64,000 bases of DNA from Thermodesulfobacteriota bacterium (GCA_049513055.1 JBEKWN010000001.1:25120-89119), one strand, 5' to 3'; positions 1-10,353 are shown, counted from the stretch's first letter. Numbers and translations are program-made. Notes: a model not told the origin generated them from the letters alone.

Positions 1-1
1 G

Positions 2-1921
2 TTTGTCGTTGACGATGCCATTGTCGTTCTTGAGAACATCACCCGGTACATGGAAAAGGGGGTACTGCCCCGAGAGGCAGCGTTGATGGGGTCACGGGAG
101 ATCGCCTTCACCGTCCTCTCGATGAGCGCCTCCCTGGTTGCAGTCTTCATCCCCATCCTCTTAATGGGGGGGATGGTAGGCCGTCTGTTTCGCGAGTTTG
201 CTGTAACACTCTCTGTGGCAGTGGCTATCTCGCTGGTTTTATCGCTCACGACAACCCCTATGATGTGCGCCACGCTTCTTAAGCCTGAGAAAACCGATGG
301 ACACGGATTTCTGTATAGAGCGAGTGAGCGGATTTTCAACGGGATGCGTCAGCGCTACGATGTGACTCTCCGCTGGGCACTGCGCCACCCCCGGTTTATG
401 CTCATTCTGACTCTGGTCACGGTCTTAGTCAATGTCGGTCTCTTTATTGTCATTCCGAAAGGCTTCTTCCCGGAGCAAGACACCGGACGCCTCAGCGCTA
501 CCATTCAGGCGGAGCAGGATATATCGTTTCAGGCCATGAAGGATAAGTTTACGCAAGTGGTGGACATTATCAGGAGTGATCCTGAAGTTGATTACGTAGC
601 TGCCTTTACTGGCGGAGGAGGAGGCGGCACCACGACGAATACCGGACGGATGTTCATTACGCTAAAACCGTTTGAGCACCGGAAAGCCACCGCAGGGCAG
701 GTGATCGCGCGGCTGCGAAGGAAGCTCGCCCAAGTGCCGGGTGCGCCGACATATTTTCAGCCAGTGCAGGATTTGCGGATCGGAGGAAGGATAGGCGCTG
801 CATTATATCAATACACACTCCAGGGAGACAACCTGACAGAGCTTAACGCATGGGCTCCGCGTGTGCTTCAGCGGATGCGCAGCTTGCCTCAACTGGTTGA
901 TGTAAGCAGCGATCAACAGAACAAGGGGCTCCAAGCCTCGGTGGTGATCGACCGCAGCACTGCCTCCCGGCTGGGCATCACGCCGCAGCTCATCGATGAC
1001 ACCCTGTACGACGCCTTCGGCCAGCGGCAGGTGTCGATCACTTACACGCTCTTAAACCAATACCACGTGGTGATGGAGGTCGAGCCGAGCTTCTGGCAAC
1101 GCCCCGAAACGCTGCGGAATATTTATGTGAACTCTCCTACCGGGGCCATGGTTCCGCTCAGCGCATTCGCTCGTTTCGAACGAACATCGACTTCACTCGC
1201 AGTGAACCACCAGAGTCAGTTTCCGTCGGTGACGATCTCGTTCAATTTACTGCCAGGAGTCGCGCTCGGGGATGGTGTAAACACAATCAAGACGGCCACG
1301 CAGCAGATGGGGCTCCCTTCCAGTATCCGGTCAAGCTTCTCAGGTACGGCCCAGGCCTTCCAGGCCTCGCTGGCTGACGAACCGCTTTTAATCCTGGCAG
1401 CGCTCGTGACGGTCTACATCGTCCTCGGGGTACTCTATGAGAGCTACATCCACCCGATCACCATCCTGTCCACACTGCCCTCGGCAGGTGTAGGAGCCGT
1501 GCTCGCCCTCTTGGCCTTTCGCACGGAGCTTAGCGTCATCGCCGTGATCGGCATCATTCTTTTAATCGGCATCGTGAAGAAGAACGGCATCATGATGGTC
1601 GATTTTGCACTGGAAGCAGAGCGCAAGGAGGGCAAAAGCCCTGTCGACGCGATCTATCAGGCCAGTCTCCTGCGATTCCGGCCAATTATGATGACAACGA
1701 TGGCGGCGCTGCTCGGGGCGCTTCCTCTGGCGTTGGGCAGAGGGGTGGGTTCTGAGCTTCGCCGGCCGCTCGGCATCTCCATCGTTGGTGGCCTCATTTT
1801 CAGCCAGATGCTCACCCTCTTTACCACGCCGGTCATTTATCTCTACCTTGATCGTTTCAGGCTTTGGCTTAAAGGCAAGAGGGGAGCGCACAAAACGACA
1901 CCTATGATCCGAGAGTATTGA
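2..1921 (+). CDS. Efflux RND transporter permease subunit (HAE1/AcrB-MdtB family), C-terminal part; 5' end truncated by window edge
   Basis: Reading frame is open from window start (FVVDDAIVVLENITRY...), typical RND periplasmic and TM segments, TGA stop 1919-1921; GC-rich. Confidence 0.85.
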   Translation, partial: FVVDDAIVVLENITRYMEKGVLPREAALMGSREIAFTVLSMSASLVAVFIPILLMGGMVGRLFREFAVTLSVAVAISLVLSLTTTPMMCATLLKPEKTDGHGFLYRASERIFNGMRQRYDVTLRWALRHPRFMLILTLVTVLVNVGLFIVIPKGFFPEQDTGRLSATIQAEQDISFQAMKDKFTQVVDIIRSDPEVDYVAAFTGGGGGGTTTNTGRMFITLKPFEHRKATAGQVIARLRRKLAQVPGAPTYFQPVQDLRIGGRIGAALYQYTLQGDNLTELNAWAPRVLQRMRSLPQLVDVSSDQQNKGLQASVVIDRSTASRLGITPQLIDDTLYDAFGQRQVSITYTLLNQYHVVMEVEPSFWQRPETLRNIYVNSPTGAMVPLSAFARFERTSTSLAVNHQSQFPSVTISFNLLPGVALGDGVNTIKTATQQMGLPSSIRSSFSGTAQAFQASLADEPLLILAALVTVYIVLGVLYESYIHPITILSTLPSAGVGAVLALLAFRTELSVIAVIGIILLIGIVKKNGIMMVDFALEAERKEGKSPVDAIYQASLLRFRPIMMTTMAALLGALPLALGRGVGSELRRPLGISIVGGLIFSQMLTLFTTPVIYLYLDRFRLWLKGKRGAHKTTPMIREY

Positions 1922-2000
1922 GGTGACTGCGATGCTTCATTCGTGGAACATATCTATCGAACAAATCCGGGATGGCCACCGAATTGGAAAAGAGGGTTCG

Positions 2001-3482
2001 ATGATCCGCCTAAAAGTAAGTTTTCGTGGGTGGACTTGCCGATCCATGCTTGTGGCACTCGCAGGGGCGCTTACTCTCCTGACCGCTTGTACGGTCGGCC
2101 CGAATTACGTCAGGCCCACAGCCGAGGTACCGGGAGTTTACAAGGAGATGGAGGGCTGGAAGGTGGCACAGCCCAAGGACCATCTCGTCCGGGGAGCATG
2201 GTGGGAGATCTTCAATGATCCTCAGTTGAATGCGTTCGAAGAGCAGGCCAATATCTCGAACCAGAGCGTGATGGTGGCGGAGGCGCAGTTTCGGCAGGCC
2301 CGAGCGCTGGTTCAGGCGGCTCGAGCAGCCTACTTTCCGACGGTCACGGTGGGGGCGTCATTTACACGCTCCCGTAGATCGGCTAATGTTGGCGGAGGAA
2401 CGGGCGCCACCACGGGCGCTACATCTGATTACCTGCTGCTTGCTGACGCGTCCTGGGAACCGGACCTCTGGGGACGGGTTCGCCGCACCGTGGAAGCCAG
2501 CAAGGCAAGCGCCCAGGCGAGTGCAGCAGACCTTGAATCCACCCGCTTGCTGGTTCAAGCCGAACTTGCACAGAACTATTTTCAGCTGCGCACACTCGAT
2601 GCACAGAAGCAGCTCCTGGATACGACAGTCATCGCCTTCCAAAAATCCCTCGAACTGACAAAGAACCGGTATGCGGCAGGCGTGGCCTCCAAAGGAGATG
2701 TGCTCCTGGCCGAAACCCAACTTAAGACCACTCAGGCTCAGGCGATCGACATCGGCGTACTGCGTGCGCAATTGGAGCATGCAATCGCGTTGCTCGTAGG
2801 AAGACAGGCATCTCTCTTTTCCATTCCTGTTGCTCCTCTTGGCCTGGTTCCGCCTACCATACCCGTCGGCATCCCATCAGAACTCCTCGAACGCAGGCCT
2901 GATATCGCTGGCGCCGAGCGGCGGATTGCAGCGGCGAATGCCCAAATCGGAGTGGCGGTGGCCGCCTATTATCCAACCGTCACGCTGAGCGCATCAGGCG
3001 GCTTTGAATCCTCAAATTTATCCAAGTGGTTGACGTGGCCGAGCCGCTTCTGGTCGGTTGGACCAGGGGTCTCGGAGACCGTGTTCGACGGGGGTTTGAG
3101 GCGGGCTCAGACCGCGGCGGCGCGCGCAGCCTACGACGCAAATGTAGCATCCTATCGTGAGACCGTGCTCACCGGATTTCAGGAGGTAGAAGACAACCTG
3201 GCCGCGCTACGCATCCTGGAGGAAGAGGCCAAGGTGCAGGAAGAGGCGGTGAGCGCAGCCCGGCAAGCGTTGACGGTAGCCATCAACCAATATAAAGCGG
3301 GGACGGTTAATTACCTCACTGTCATAGTGGCCCAGGCTGCAGCGCTGAACATCGAAACAAATGAACTTGGCATCCTCGGTCGCCAGATGACTGCCGGCGT
3401 ACTTCTCATAAAAGCTCTTGGCGGTGGCTGGGACGTATCCGCCCTACCTTCAGTCATAGGACCTTGGTGGCCAGTACCATAA
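2001..3482 (+). CDS. RND efflux system outer-membrane lipoprotein, NodT/OprM (TolC-like) family
   Basis: Lipobox LLTAC after basic N-region, TolC-like repeated helical halves, starts within 100 bp of permease stop; alternative starts GTG 1923 / ATG 2046. Confidence 0.85.
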   Translation: MIRLKVSFRGWTCRSMLVALAGALTLLTACTVGPNYVRPTAEVPGVYKEMEGWKVAQPKDHLVRGAWWEIFNDPQLNAFEEQANISNQSVMVAEAQFRQARALVQAARAAYFPTVTVGASFTRSRRSANVGGGTGATTGATSDYLLLADASWEPDLWGRVRRTVEASKASAQASAADLESTRLLVQAELAQNYFQLRTLDAQKQLLDTTVIAFQKSLELTKNRYAAGVASKGDVLLAETQLKTTQAQAIDIGVLRAQLEHAIALLVGRQASLFSIPVAPLGLVPPTIPVGIPSELLERRPDIAGAERRIAAANAQIGVAVAAYYPTVTLSASGGFESSNLSKWLTWPSRFWSVGPGVSETVFDGGLRRAQTAAARAAYDANVASYRETVLTGFQEVEDNLAALRILEEEAKVQEEAVSAARQALTVAINQYKAGTVNYLTVIVAQAAALNIETNELGILGRQMTAGVLLIKALGGGWDVSALPSVIGPWWPVP

Positions 3483-3525
3483 GTATCAGCAGTCTATTGA
3501 GAGATTAGGCTGCCAACGAGCAAGG

Positions 3526-3855
3526 ATGGATCAGTATCGGCGCGAATGCAATATCAAGATGTTGTGGGCACTAGCCCTGCTCGGGATCGCTTATAGTAGT
3601 TTGCTCTTTTACCAGCGGACGCTAACCGATATGAATAACGTAGATGGTATCATCGGTGTGCTGCTCGGTCTTTACATCTGCTCACATCCAGCTGCCAATG
3701 TGGTGGATATGCTTTTCTTCAGGCGAAGTGCTCGAGGTCAGTTTTCATCAAGGCAGTCCGCTATATTGTGGCTGGCGCTAAATATGCTGGTCCTCCTGAT
3801 CGGGTGGATCGTCATTTTTGTCGGGACGACACGATTTGTCAGTAGAGCAGATTAG
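3526..3855 (+). CDS. Small hypothetical membrane protein (about 3 TM helices)
   Basis: ORF with hydrophobic helices; no recognisable family. Confidence 0.35.
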   Translation: MDQYRRECNIKMLWALALLGIAYSSLLFYQRTLTDMNNVDGIIGVLLGLYICSHPAANVVDMLFFRRSARGQFSSRQSAILWLALNMLVLLIGWIVIFVGTTRFVSRAD

Positions 3856-3913
3856 AGCGGTTTCCTTGTGGATATACACCACCAAAAGGATTTGGAAAAT
3901 AAGGAACTACAAA

Positions 3914-4165
3914 ATGAAATTTAATAAATCCCGTCCTGATGGTGCAAATAGCTTGAAGTTGATCTTTCGTGTACTATCCCATAAAAATTATCGTCTCTTC
4001 TTTGGCGGACAAAGTATTTCTCTGATTGGCACCTGGATGCAACAAATTGCCCTGAATTGGCTGGTATACCGGTTGACCGATTCAGCCTTATTATTAGGTG
4101 TTGTTGGCTTCATAAGTCGAATCCCAACAGTCTCCAACCAATACCATAAAGGAGAGTGGGAATAA
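3914..4165 (+). pseudogene. N-terminal fragment of an MFS transporter (EntS-like), truncated after ~75 aa
   Basis: MKFNKSRPDGANSLKLIFRVLSHKNYRLFFGGQSISLIGTWMQQIALNWLVYRL is a typical MFS TM1 region; ORF ends after 84 aa with no further TM segments. Confidence 0.5.
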
Positions 4166-4677
4166 TGGATGTTTTTACTGCCATTAGCCAAAGAAGCAGT
4201 GTGAGAGCATACAAAAATACTGATATCGGAGAGGAGAAACTAAAAAAGATATTGGAAGCAGCAAGGCTTTCGCCTTCTTCGAGCAACCACCAGGAATGAA
4301 AATTTATCGTTGTTAAGAACAAGGAAACAAGGAAAAACCTGGCCAACGCTGCCTTCGGACAGTCTTTTATCGGAGAAGCACCGGTCGTCATTGTCGCTTG
4401 TGCTACGGAATCGAAGTCAATCATGACCTGCGGTCAACCCGCTTATACGGTGGATATATCCATCGCCTGTGCGTTTATGATCCTACAGGCTTATGAACTG
4501 GGCTTGGGAACGTGTTGGATCGGCGCTTTCAAGGAGGATAAGGTTAAGAAAATTCTGAAGATTCCAGAACACGTTCGGGTTCTGGCTATGACTCCGTTGG
4601 GATACCCAAATCAACCACCCTCACAACAGTTCAGAAAGAGCTTGGACCAAATAGTCTGCTTTGAGAAGTATGAATGA
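4165..4677 (+). pseudogene. Nitroreductase-family protein interrupted by in-frame TGA (4297-4299) at the conserved Trp of the NxQxWxF motif
   Basis: Translation [20 protein letters not shown]...[26 protein letters not shown]...CWIGAFKED reads through one TGA in the same frame; TGA is used as a true stop elsewhere in the window. Confidence 0.6.
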
Positions 4678-4928
4678 AAAGGAGACTGGCTTTCCCCTCG
4701 CTTCGTAGGTAAACTCATCAAAAAAAAAATAAATCCATATTCAGCTATCAATGACCAAAAGCAAGGTCAGAAATGGCTCTGCTTTTTTGTGCACATTTCC
4801 ACCAGTAATCGTTAACTTTCAATGTTATTTTGGAATGAAGACTTGAAGGTGAGGGCGCCAATCAAAAGTTAACCTGGTAGGATCTACCAATTCACTTTTA
4901 CCTTTTACATTTTAAAAGGCGAAGTCTT

Positions 4929-5498
4929 TTAGCCTCCTTTTTCCCAATAGAGTAGCTTTTTGATCCTCTCCAACAACGTTGGCCGGACATCGGGATTTTT
5001 TATCCGAGTCACTTTCCTCCAATCCCTCCAATCGCCCAAAAGGTCATAATAGAGACTGGCGCAGGCCCTTTGATAAAATATTTCTGAATTGGGATTCACT
5101 TTCTGGAGGCAGGTTTGAAGTTCTCTAAAAACATGGTCCCTTTCTTCTTCATCCTCGGTGTGAAACATGAGAACTTTGGTAGATTTTGAGGTTTGGCTTG
5201 AACCGAATTTCCCTTTCACATAGTGATCTCCAAGGAAATTTTCTTCATACTCTCTTAAAACTTCCAAACACTCTTCTCGATCCTTCAAAACCGCCACTAC
5301 CTTCCAGCAGTGATAAGCCTCCTTCAATTCAATCTCTTCTTTCCAGGCCTGCAGTTGCTGATAGAGGTTGGTAATACAGGGGACACACCGGCTGTATATA
5401 TTTCCTTTCGTGACCCGCAGTTTCGGATCGCTCTCAAAACTGACCCAATTATCTCTGGAATCCCTCCAGACTCTTTTGTCAAGAAAGATTTTTTTCAT
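4929..5498 (-). CDS. Hypothetical protein with CxxC motif (thiol-oxidoreductase-like?)
   Basis: 189-aa ORF with CVPC motif; family uncertain. Confidence 0.4.
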   Translation of the reverse strand: MKKIFLDKRVWRDSRDNWVSFESDPKLRVTKGNIYSRCVPCITNLYQQLQAWKEEIELKEAYHCWKVVAVLKDREECLEVLREYEENFLGDHYVKGKFGSSQTSKSTKVLMFHTEDEEERDHVFRELQTCLQKVNPNSEIFYQRACASLYYDLLGDWRDWRKVTRIKNPDVRPTLLERIKKLLYWEKGG

Positions 5499-5576
5499 TC
5501 CTCTTATCTTGACCTGACATCTTTTTGTCTTGATCGCATTTATAAATTATCATACCATAACCCAAAATAGAACCCA

Positions 5577-6857
5577 ATGGAGGGAATTGAATTGATACAA
5601 AAAACAATCGTACTTGTATCAACCTTAGATACGAAAGGTTCCGAAGCAGCTTTTTTAAAAGGTCTTATCCAAGCAAGAAGGCATCGGGTCATTCTTTTGG
5701 ACACGAACACTGGGGGTGAGGCCTCCCTTTCTCCTGATATCTCTGCGAGAGAGGTGGCGAAAGCAGCAGGATGGGATATTGAAGAGATCAAGAAGATGAA
5801 GGATACAGAGAAAGCCTCCTCGATTATGATTCAAGGGGCCATCAAAAAAGTCAAAACTCTTTTAGATAAAAAAGAACTCGACGGGATTCTTTCTTTCGGA
5901 GGTGCCTCCAATACCGCGATCGCCACAACGATTATGAAGTCCCTTCCCTTTGGGATCCCCAAAGTCATGCTCTCCAGCACAGCTGCCATGCCTGCTTATG
6001 CCGGAGGATATTTTGGTACCAAAGATATCGCCATGATCCATTCGGTGGTGGACATTGCGGGATTTAATCCACTGGTCAAAGATGTATTGAAGAGGGCTGC
6101 CGGGGCAATCTGTGGAATGGTGGAAATGGGTGAAGGGCTTTCCTTCCTTCCCAGTGTGGCGAGAAAAAAAGATTTGATTGCCTTGACGGAATTCAAATTC
6201 TCAGAAGAATGCTGTTCCCATGTCAGGCGTCTTTTAGAAGAAAAGGGATTTGAAGTGATCCCCTTTCACGCCCAGGGGAGCGGGGACAGGGCGATGGAGG
6301 ATTTAATTGGAGAGGGATTCTTCCAAGGGGTAATGGATATTGTTCCTGCGGGAGTAGGAGAAGAACTCCTGGGAGGAAACCGGGCTGCAGGTCCGAATCG
6401 TTTGGAAAGTGCTGGGGAAAAAGGAAACCCCCAGTTAATTACCCCTTGCGGATTTGATATGCTCAGTTGTGGCCCATTGGAGAGAGGGGATCGCGGAGAT
6501 CCTCTTTGGGTTTCAAAGGATATTAAAAATCGAAAACTCTTCATTCCTGACGCATTCCGGGTTCAAGCCCGCACCAATGCTCAAGAACTGAGGGAGATTG
6601 CAAAAGAAGTGGCCAGAAAATTAAATCGATCAAAAGGACCTGTCACCATTCTCATTCCGTTAAAGGGATGGTCTTCTCTCGACAAGGAAGGAATGCCTCT
6701 CTATGATCCAGAGGCAGATCAGGCTTTCATTCATGAATTAAAGATCCACATCGACCCCAAAATAAAAGTCATTGAGCTCGACCTCCACCTCAATACCCGT
6801 GAATTTGCAGAGGAGGCCGTGAATCAATTTATGAAGCTTTACAAAAGAGAGCCCTGA
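5577..6857 (+). CDS. UPF0261 / Tm-1-like family protein
   Basis: N-terminal TIVLVSTLDTKGSE nucleotide-binding-like motif and overall ~420 aa architecture typical of UPF0261; possible TTG start at 5592 with GGAGGG RBS. Confidence 0.65.
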   Translation: MEGIELIQKTIVLVSTLDTKGSEAAFLKGLIQARRHRVILLDTNTGGEASLSPDISAREVAKAAGWDIEEIKKMKDTEKASSIMIQGAIKKVKTLLDKKELDGILSFGGASNTAIATTIMKSLPFGIPKVMLSSTAAMPAYAGGYFGTKDIAMIHSVVDIAGFNPLVKDVLKRAAGAICGMVEMGEGLSFLPSVARKKDLIALTEFKFSEECCSHVRRLLEEKGFEVIPFHAQGSGDRAMEDLIGEGFFQGVMDIVPAGVGEELLGGNRAAGPNRLESAGEKGNPQLITPCGFDMLSCGPLERGDRGDPLWVSKDIKNRKLFIPDAFRVQARTNAQELREIAKEVARKLNRSKGPVTILIPLKGWSSLDKEGMPLYDPEADQAFIHELKIHIDPKIKVIELDLHLNTREFAEEAVNQFMKLYKREP

Positions 6858-6971
6858 AAAACTACGATAGGCTCTCTTGATTACACCGATTTTAAAAAAT
6901 GATTAAGCAGATTTCCTTTATTTCCAATACATTTCTAATCTGTGTAATCATTTCATAATCTATGTAATCAG

Positions 6972-6997
6972 AGATTTCTGGACTTATTCAGAAATCT
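6972..6997. terminator. Perfect 9-bp-stem hairpin AGATTTCTG-N8-CAGAAATCT between convergent genes (candidate bidirectional terminator); element repeated at 10059-10087
   Basis: Inverted repeat read directly; lies between stop of 5577-6857(+) and stop of LysR(-). Confidence 0.35.
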
Positions 6998-7014
6998 ACA
7001 AGACAAAGAAATCT

Positions 7015-7932
7015 TTATGAAGTGGCCATGGCACTTGGCAGGACCGATTCTTTTTTTAACTCCTTCACCATTTTCAGAAAGGCTTGGCTCGGAGGGGAGA
7101 GAGATTTTTCACCATGGTAAATGATATCGGTAAAGAAAATAATGTTACCCTCTTCAATGGGTATGACTTTTAAGGTCCCCTCCTCCAGTTCCTCCTTGAT
7201 ATCGGGTTCAAACATGAAAGACACCCCTTTGTTCTGCTTCACATAGCCCACAATAAAGTCCAGACTGCTTGCTTCAATAATCACCGATGGCCAGATCCCA
7301 TATTCCTGAAATTTTCTCAGAATGGCCGTTCTGGAACCAGACCCCTTCTCCCTCAAAATTACCGGTTCACCATTCAATTCTCTCAGGGAGATACTCTTTC
7401 GTTGTGAAAACCTATGTTCTGGCGAAGCAACCAGAACAAACTCTACCGTTGAGAAAAAGATGGATTTGATTTTTCGGTCAAGGTTCAGTTGGGAGATAAG
7501 GGCAAGTTCATTCTTCTTCTCAAGGACACTCTTCGCCATATCCTCAGAGTTCCCTTCATCCAAAATCACTTTGATGCGCGGGAATCTCCTTTGAAACTCG
7601 GAGAGCAAGGAAGGCATGATGTAACGAGCATAATTTTTCGTTGTTCCAATTTGAAGCGTTCCTCTCATCAATTTCTTGAAGTCCCTCATTTTCTCATTGG
7701 CATCAGACACGAGATCAAAAATCTTCTCAGCATACTGGTAGAGGAGCTCTCCCGCTTCGGTCAACTGCATTCTTTTCCCTACTTGTTGAATGAGTTTCAA
7801 ATTCAACGACTTTTCCAAGGATTTGACCTGGATGGTGACAGCAGGTTGGGTCACATTCAACTCTTCTGCTGCGCGAGTAAAACTTTTTTTCTTTATAACT
7901 AAATAAAATGCCTCCAGTTGTCTGAGATTCAA
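7015..7932 (-). CDS. LysR-family transcriptional regulator
   Basis: N-terminal HTH MNLRQLEAFYLVIKKKSFTRAAEELNVTQPAVTIQVKSLE, C-terminal substrate-binding domain; TTG start with AGGAGG RBS; divergent from the oxidoreductase operon. Confidence 0.9.
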   Translation of the reverse strand: MNLRQLEAFYLVIKKKSFTRAAEELNVTQPAVTIQVKSLEKSLNLKLIQQVGKRMQLTEAGELLYQYAEKIFDLVSDANEKMRDFKKLMRGTLQIGTTKNYARYIMPSLLSEFQRRFPRIKVILDEGNSEDMAKSVLEKKNELALISQLNLDRKIKSIFFSTVEFVLVASPEHRFSQRKSISLRELNGEPVILREKGSGSRTAILRKFQEYGIWPSVIIEASSLDFIVGYVKQNKGVSFMFEPDIKEELEEGTLKVIPIEEGNIIFFTDIIYHGEKSLSPPSQAFLKMVKELKKESVLPSAMATS

Positions 7933-8319
7933 AAAATCCTCCTAAAAAAATATTGTTTCATCTATGTTGTAATATTAGCGATGTGCTGTAAAATACCATT
8001 TCACTGTCACTCTCTCGGAAGCGGGAGTCCACAATAGGTTGGAAAAACTGGATTCCTGCTTTCCCAAGAATGAAATCTTAAATTTAAGAAAGAAATTTTC
8101 AACAACTGCAGAGGGTAGAATCCCGTTAAGCAGGGCCCTTTAGGCGACTTAAGTCGCCCCTACCCATATTTAGAGTAATAATTTTTACCATTCATCTTCT
8201 ATCTAATATACTTCTCTTGTACTTTGAATTCACAATATTAATGCTTCAAAACCTTTTGAAATATATATGATTTCTGAATTATTATAAGTTTTTTTTATGG
8301 TATTATAAGAATAATTGTA

Positions 8320-8348
8320 TTGACATGTCAATACTGAAAAATATAGTT
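8320..8348 (+). promoter_or_regulatory. Candidate sigma70-type promoter (-35 TTGACA 8320-8325, 17-nt spacer, -10 TATAGT 8343-8348); -35 embedded in 12-bp palindrome TTGACATGTCAA
   Basis: Sequence read directly in the AT-rich LysR/oxidoreductase divergent intergenic region. Confidence 0.3.
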
Positions 8349-8407
8349 TCTAATACACCCTACCTTTTTAACTATGGAAAATCATCAATAGGAAAGGAGA
8401 GAGAGTT

Positions 8408-10024
8408 ATGCCCCAATATGATGGCATTATTATTGGTGGTGGGCCGAATGGACTCACTTTAGGTTGCTACCTTGCCAAAGCAGGGCTAAAGATCCTGATC
8501 CTAGAAAAGAGATACGAAATGGGAGGAGGCCTTTGCTCGGAGATGATTACGATCCCTGGATTTATTCACAATACCCATGCGATCTACCATCCCATGGTGG
8601 ATTATGCACCGGTCTTTCCCGATCTCCAATTGGATCAAACGTATGATCTAAAATATATCCATCCTGAGGTCGTCATGGCCATGCCCTTCTTAGACGGAAG
8701 GAGTCTCTGCATTTACTCTGATGTGGAGAAAACATGCGCTTCATTTGCACAATTTTCTAAAAAAGACGCTGATGCTTATCGAGAGACCTATGAACGCTTC
8801 AAACGCTATACTGATGCCTTTCTCGCACCCGCGACCTATGTGATGGCCAAGCCAGCTTTCGAACAGGTCGTGAAACTCCATTCCAGTCCTCTTGGCCAGG
8901 AAATCAGCGCCCTTTCTGAAAAGAAACCAATCGATATCGTCCATAGCATTTTTGAAAATAATCAAATCAGGACACTAATGCTCTATGCCACCTGTCTGTG
9001 GGGATTGGATTATGATCTGGAGGGGCTGGGTTACCTGGTTCCACTCATGATCAATCGAGCTTCCAACTACCGTCTCTGTGTGGGAGGCTCTCACCATATG
9101 GCAAACCTGATGTCCAAATTCCTTTATAGAAATGGAGGAATGATACTTGGAAGTCAAATCATTAAAAGAATCATTGTGGATAAAGGTGTTGCAAAAGGGG
9201 TTGAATTAGATGATGGAACGGTCTACGAGGCCACTAAGTTTGTTGCCTCAAGCATTGACCACCACCAGACCTTCCTCAAATATATTGGAGAGAAGGATTT
9301 ACCAAAAGATCTTGTCATACGGACAAAGGACTGGAAGTGGGAGAAATGGTCCCTCTTCGATACCCATCTGGCCCTTTTCAATCCACCCCAGTTCACAGCT
9401 GCCTCTTCAAATCCTGACCTCCCAAAGGCTTTTATCTATGTGGTCGGTTTTGAGACAGAGGAGAATCTGATTGAGCATTTCAAGGCTTTGAAAAATGGAG
9501 AGCTTAAATCTTCCGGGTTTAATTGTTGTTTTCCAACATTCTTTGATCCCTCCGAGGCACCTCCGGGAAGGCATACCGGGCTGATCTCAGAACATGCCCC
9601 TTACCGCCTTAAGGACGGAGGCCCTGAGAAATGGTATAAAATCCGTCAGGAACACGCGAAGCAAAACATTAACATACTCAAAAAATATGCTCCTAATATG
9701 ACTGAAGAAAATATCCTCTGGACCTATATCGCCTCCCCACTCGATATCGAAAATAAGTTCTCTGATATGGTTGAAGGATCGATCAAGCAAGGAGGTTATT
9801 TTCCTCTTCAAATGGGATTTCTAAGACCGAACGAATTATGTTCTCAGTACGCGACACCTATTAAAAACCTCTATCTCTGCGGAGCCTGTTGCTTCCCTGG
9901 AGGATTGGTCACTTACGGCCCGGGATATAATGCAGCCAACCGGATTGCAGAAGATCTCGGGATCCAAAAGTGGTGGAAGGAACCGGAGATCGTAACCCAG
10001 GCAAAGGCAAAAGGTCTTTTATGA
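8408..10024 (+). CDS. FAD/NAD(P)-dependent oxidoreductase, phytoene-desaturase (CrtI)/amine-oxidase superfamily (paralog 1)
   Basis: N-terminal dinucleotide-binding motif [31 protein letters not shown], ~540 aa, strong RBS. Confidence 0.8.
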   Translation: MPQYDGIIIGGGPNGLTLGCYLAKAGLKILILEKRYEMGGGLCSEMITIPGFIHNTHAIYHPMVDYAPVFPDLQLDQTYDLKYIHPEVVMAMPFLDGRSLCIYSDVEKTCASFAQFSKKDADAYRETYERFKRYTDAFLAPATYVMAKPAFEQVVKLHSSPLGQEISALSEKKPIDIVHSIFENNQIRTLMLYATCLWGLDYDLEGLGYLVPLMINRASNYRLCVGGSHHMANLMSKFLYRNGGMILGSQIIKRIIVDKGVAKGVELDDGTVYEATKFVASSIDHHQTFLKYIGEKDLPKDLVIRTKDWKWEKWSLFDTHLALFNPPQFTAASSNPDLPKAFIYVVGFETEENLIEHFKALKNGELKSSGFNCCFPTFFDPSEAPPGRHTGLISEHAPYRLKDGGPEKWYKIRQEHAKQNINILKKYAPNMTEENILWTYIASPLDIENKFSDMVEGSIKQGGYFPLQMGFLRPNELCSQYATPIKNLYLCGACCFPGGLVTYGPGYNAANRIAEDLGIQKWWKEPEIVTQAKAKGLL

Positions 10025-10087
10025 GGTTTCTGAAAAACTCTTTATCAGAAACCTCATAGAGATTTCTGGACTTTTTTCAGAAATCTC
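10023..10087 (+). terminator. Two tandem hairpins after the oxidoreductase stop: GAGGTTTCTGA-N11-TCAGAAACCTC and GAGATTTCTG-N9-CAGAAATCTC followed by TTTT, immediately before the next RBS
   Basis: Perfect 11-bp and 10-bp inverted repeats read directly; second followed by T-run. Confidence 0.4.
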
Positions 10088-10104
10088 TTTTCAGGAGGTT
10101 CACC

Positions 10105-10338
10105 ATGAAAGTCAATTCGACAGGTTTGGGCCAGACCACCATGATTGCGTCCTTTACTCAACTCTTTAAAGATCCAGACGGAGGGGAGGCCCTGAAATTA
10201 AAAATCGAGTCTTCAGAACCCATCCACTGGGTCATCACTGCCACCCTGGAAGGAGCGGACCTGAGGAACTTCATCAAGCTCCTCTTAAAACCCTCTATCC
10301 TCTATTACGCCATTTCACTGATGATGAAGAAGAAATAG
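10105..10338 (+). CDS. Small hypothetical protein (77 aa) between the two oxidoreductase paralogs
   Basis: AGGAGG RBS 7 nt upstream of ATG; no family recognised. Confidence 0.4.
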   Translation: MKVNSTGLGQTTMIASFTQLFKDPDGGEALKLKIESSEPIHWVITATLEGADLRNFIKLLLKPSILYYAISLMMKKK

Positions 10339-10353
10339 AAAAGGAGGAAACCC

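Noticed and set aside
1444-1891. Antisense ORFs inside the RND gene (and similar shadow ORFs, e.g. 2358-2780, 32152-33528, 38221-38976, 54524-55183)
   Set aside because: They lie fully within, and opposite to, long well-supported genes; they have biased low-complexity composition and no RBS.
8111-8160. tRNA-like fragment (T-arm-like GGGTAGAATCCC with 7-nt loop)
   Set aside because: Upstream sequence is AT-rich with no D-arm, anticodon arm or acceptor pairing; only a partial resemblance.
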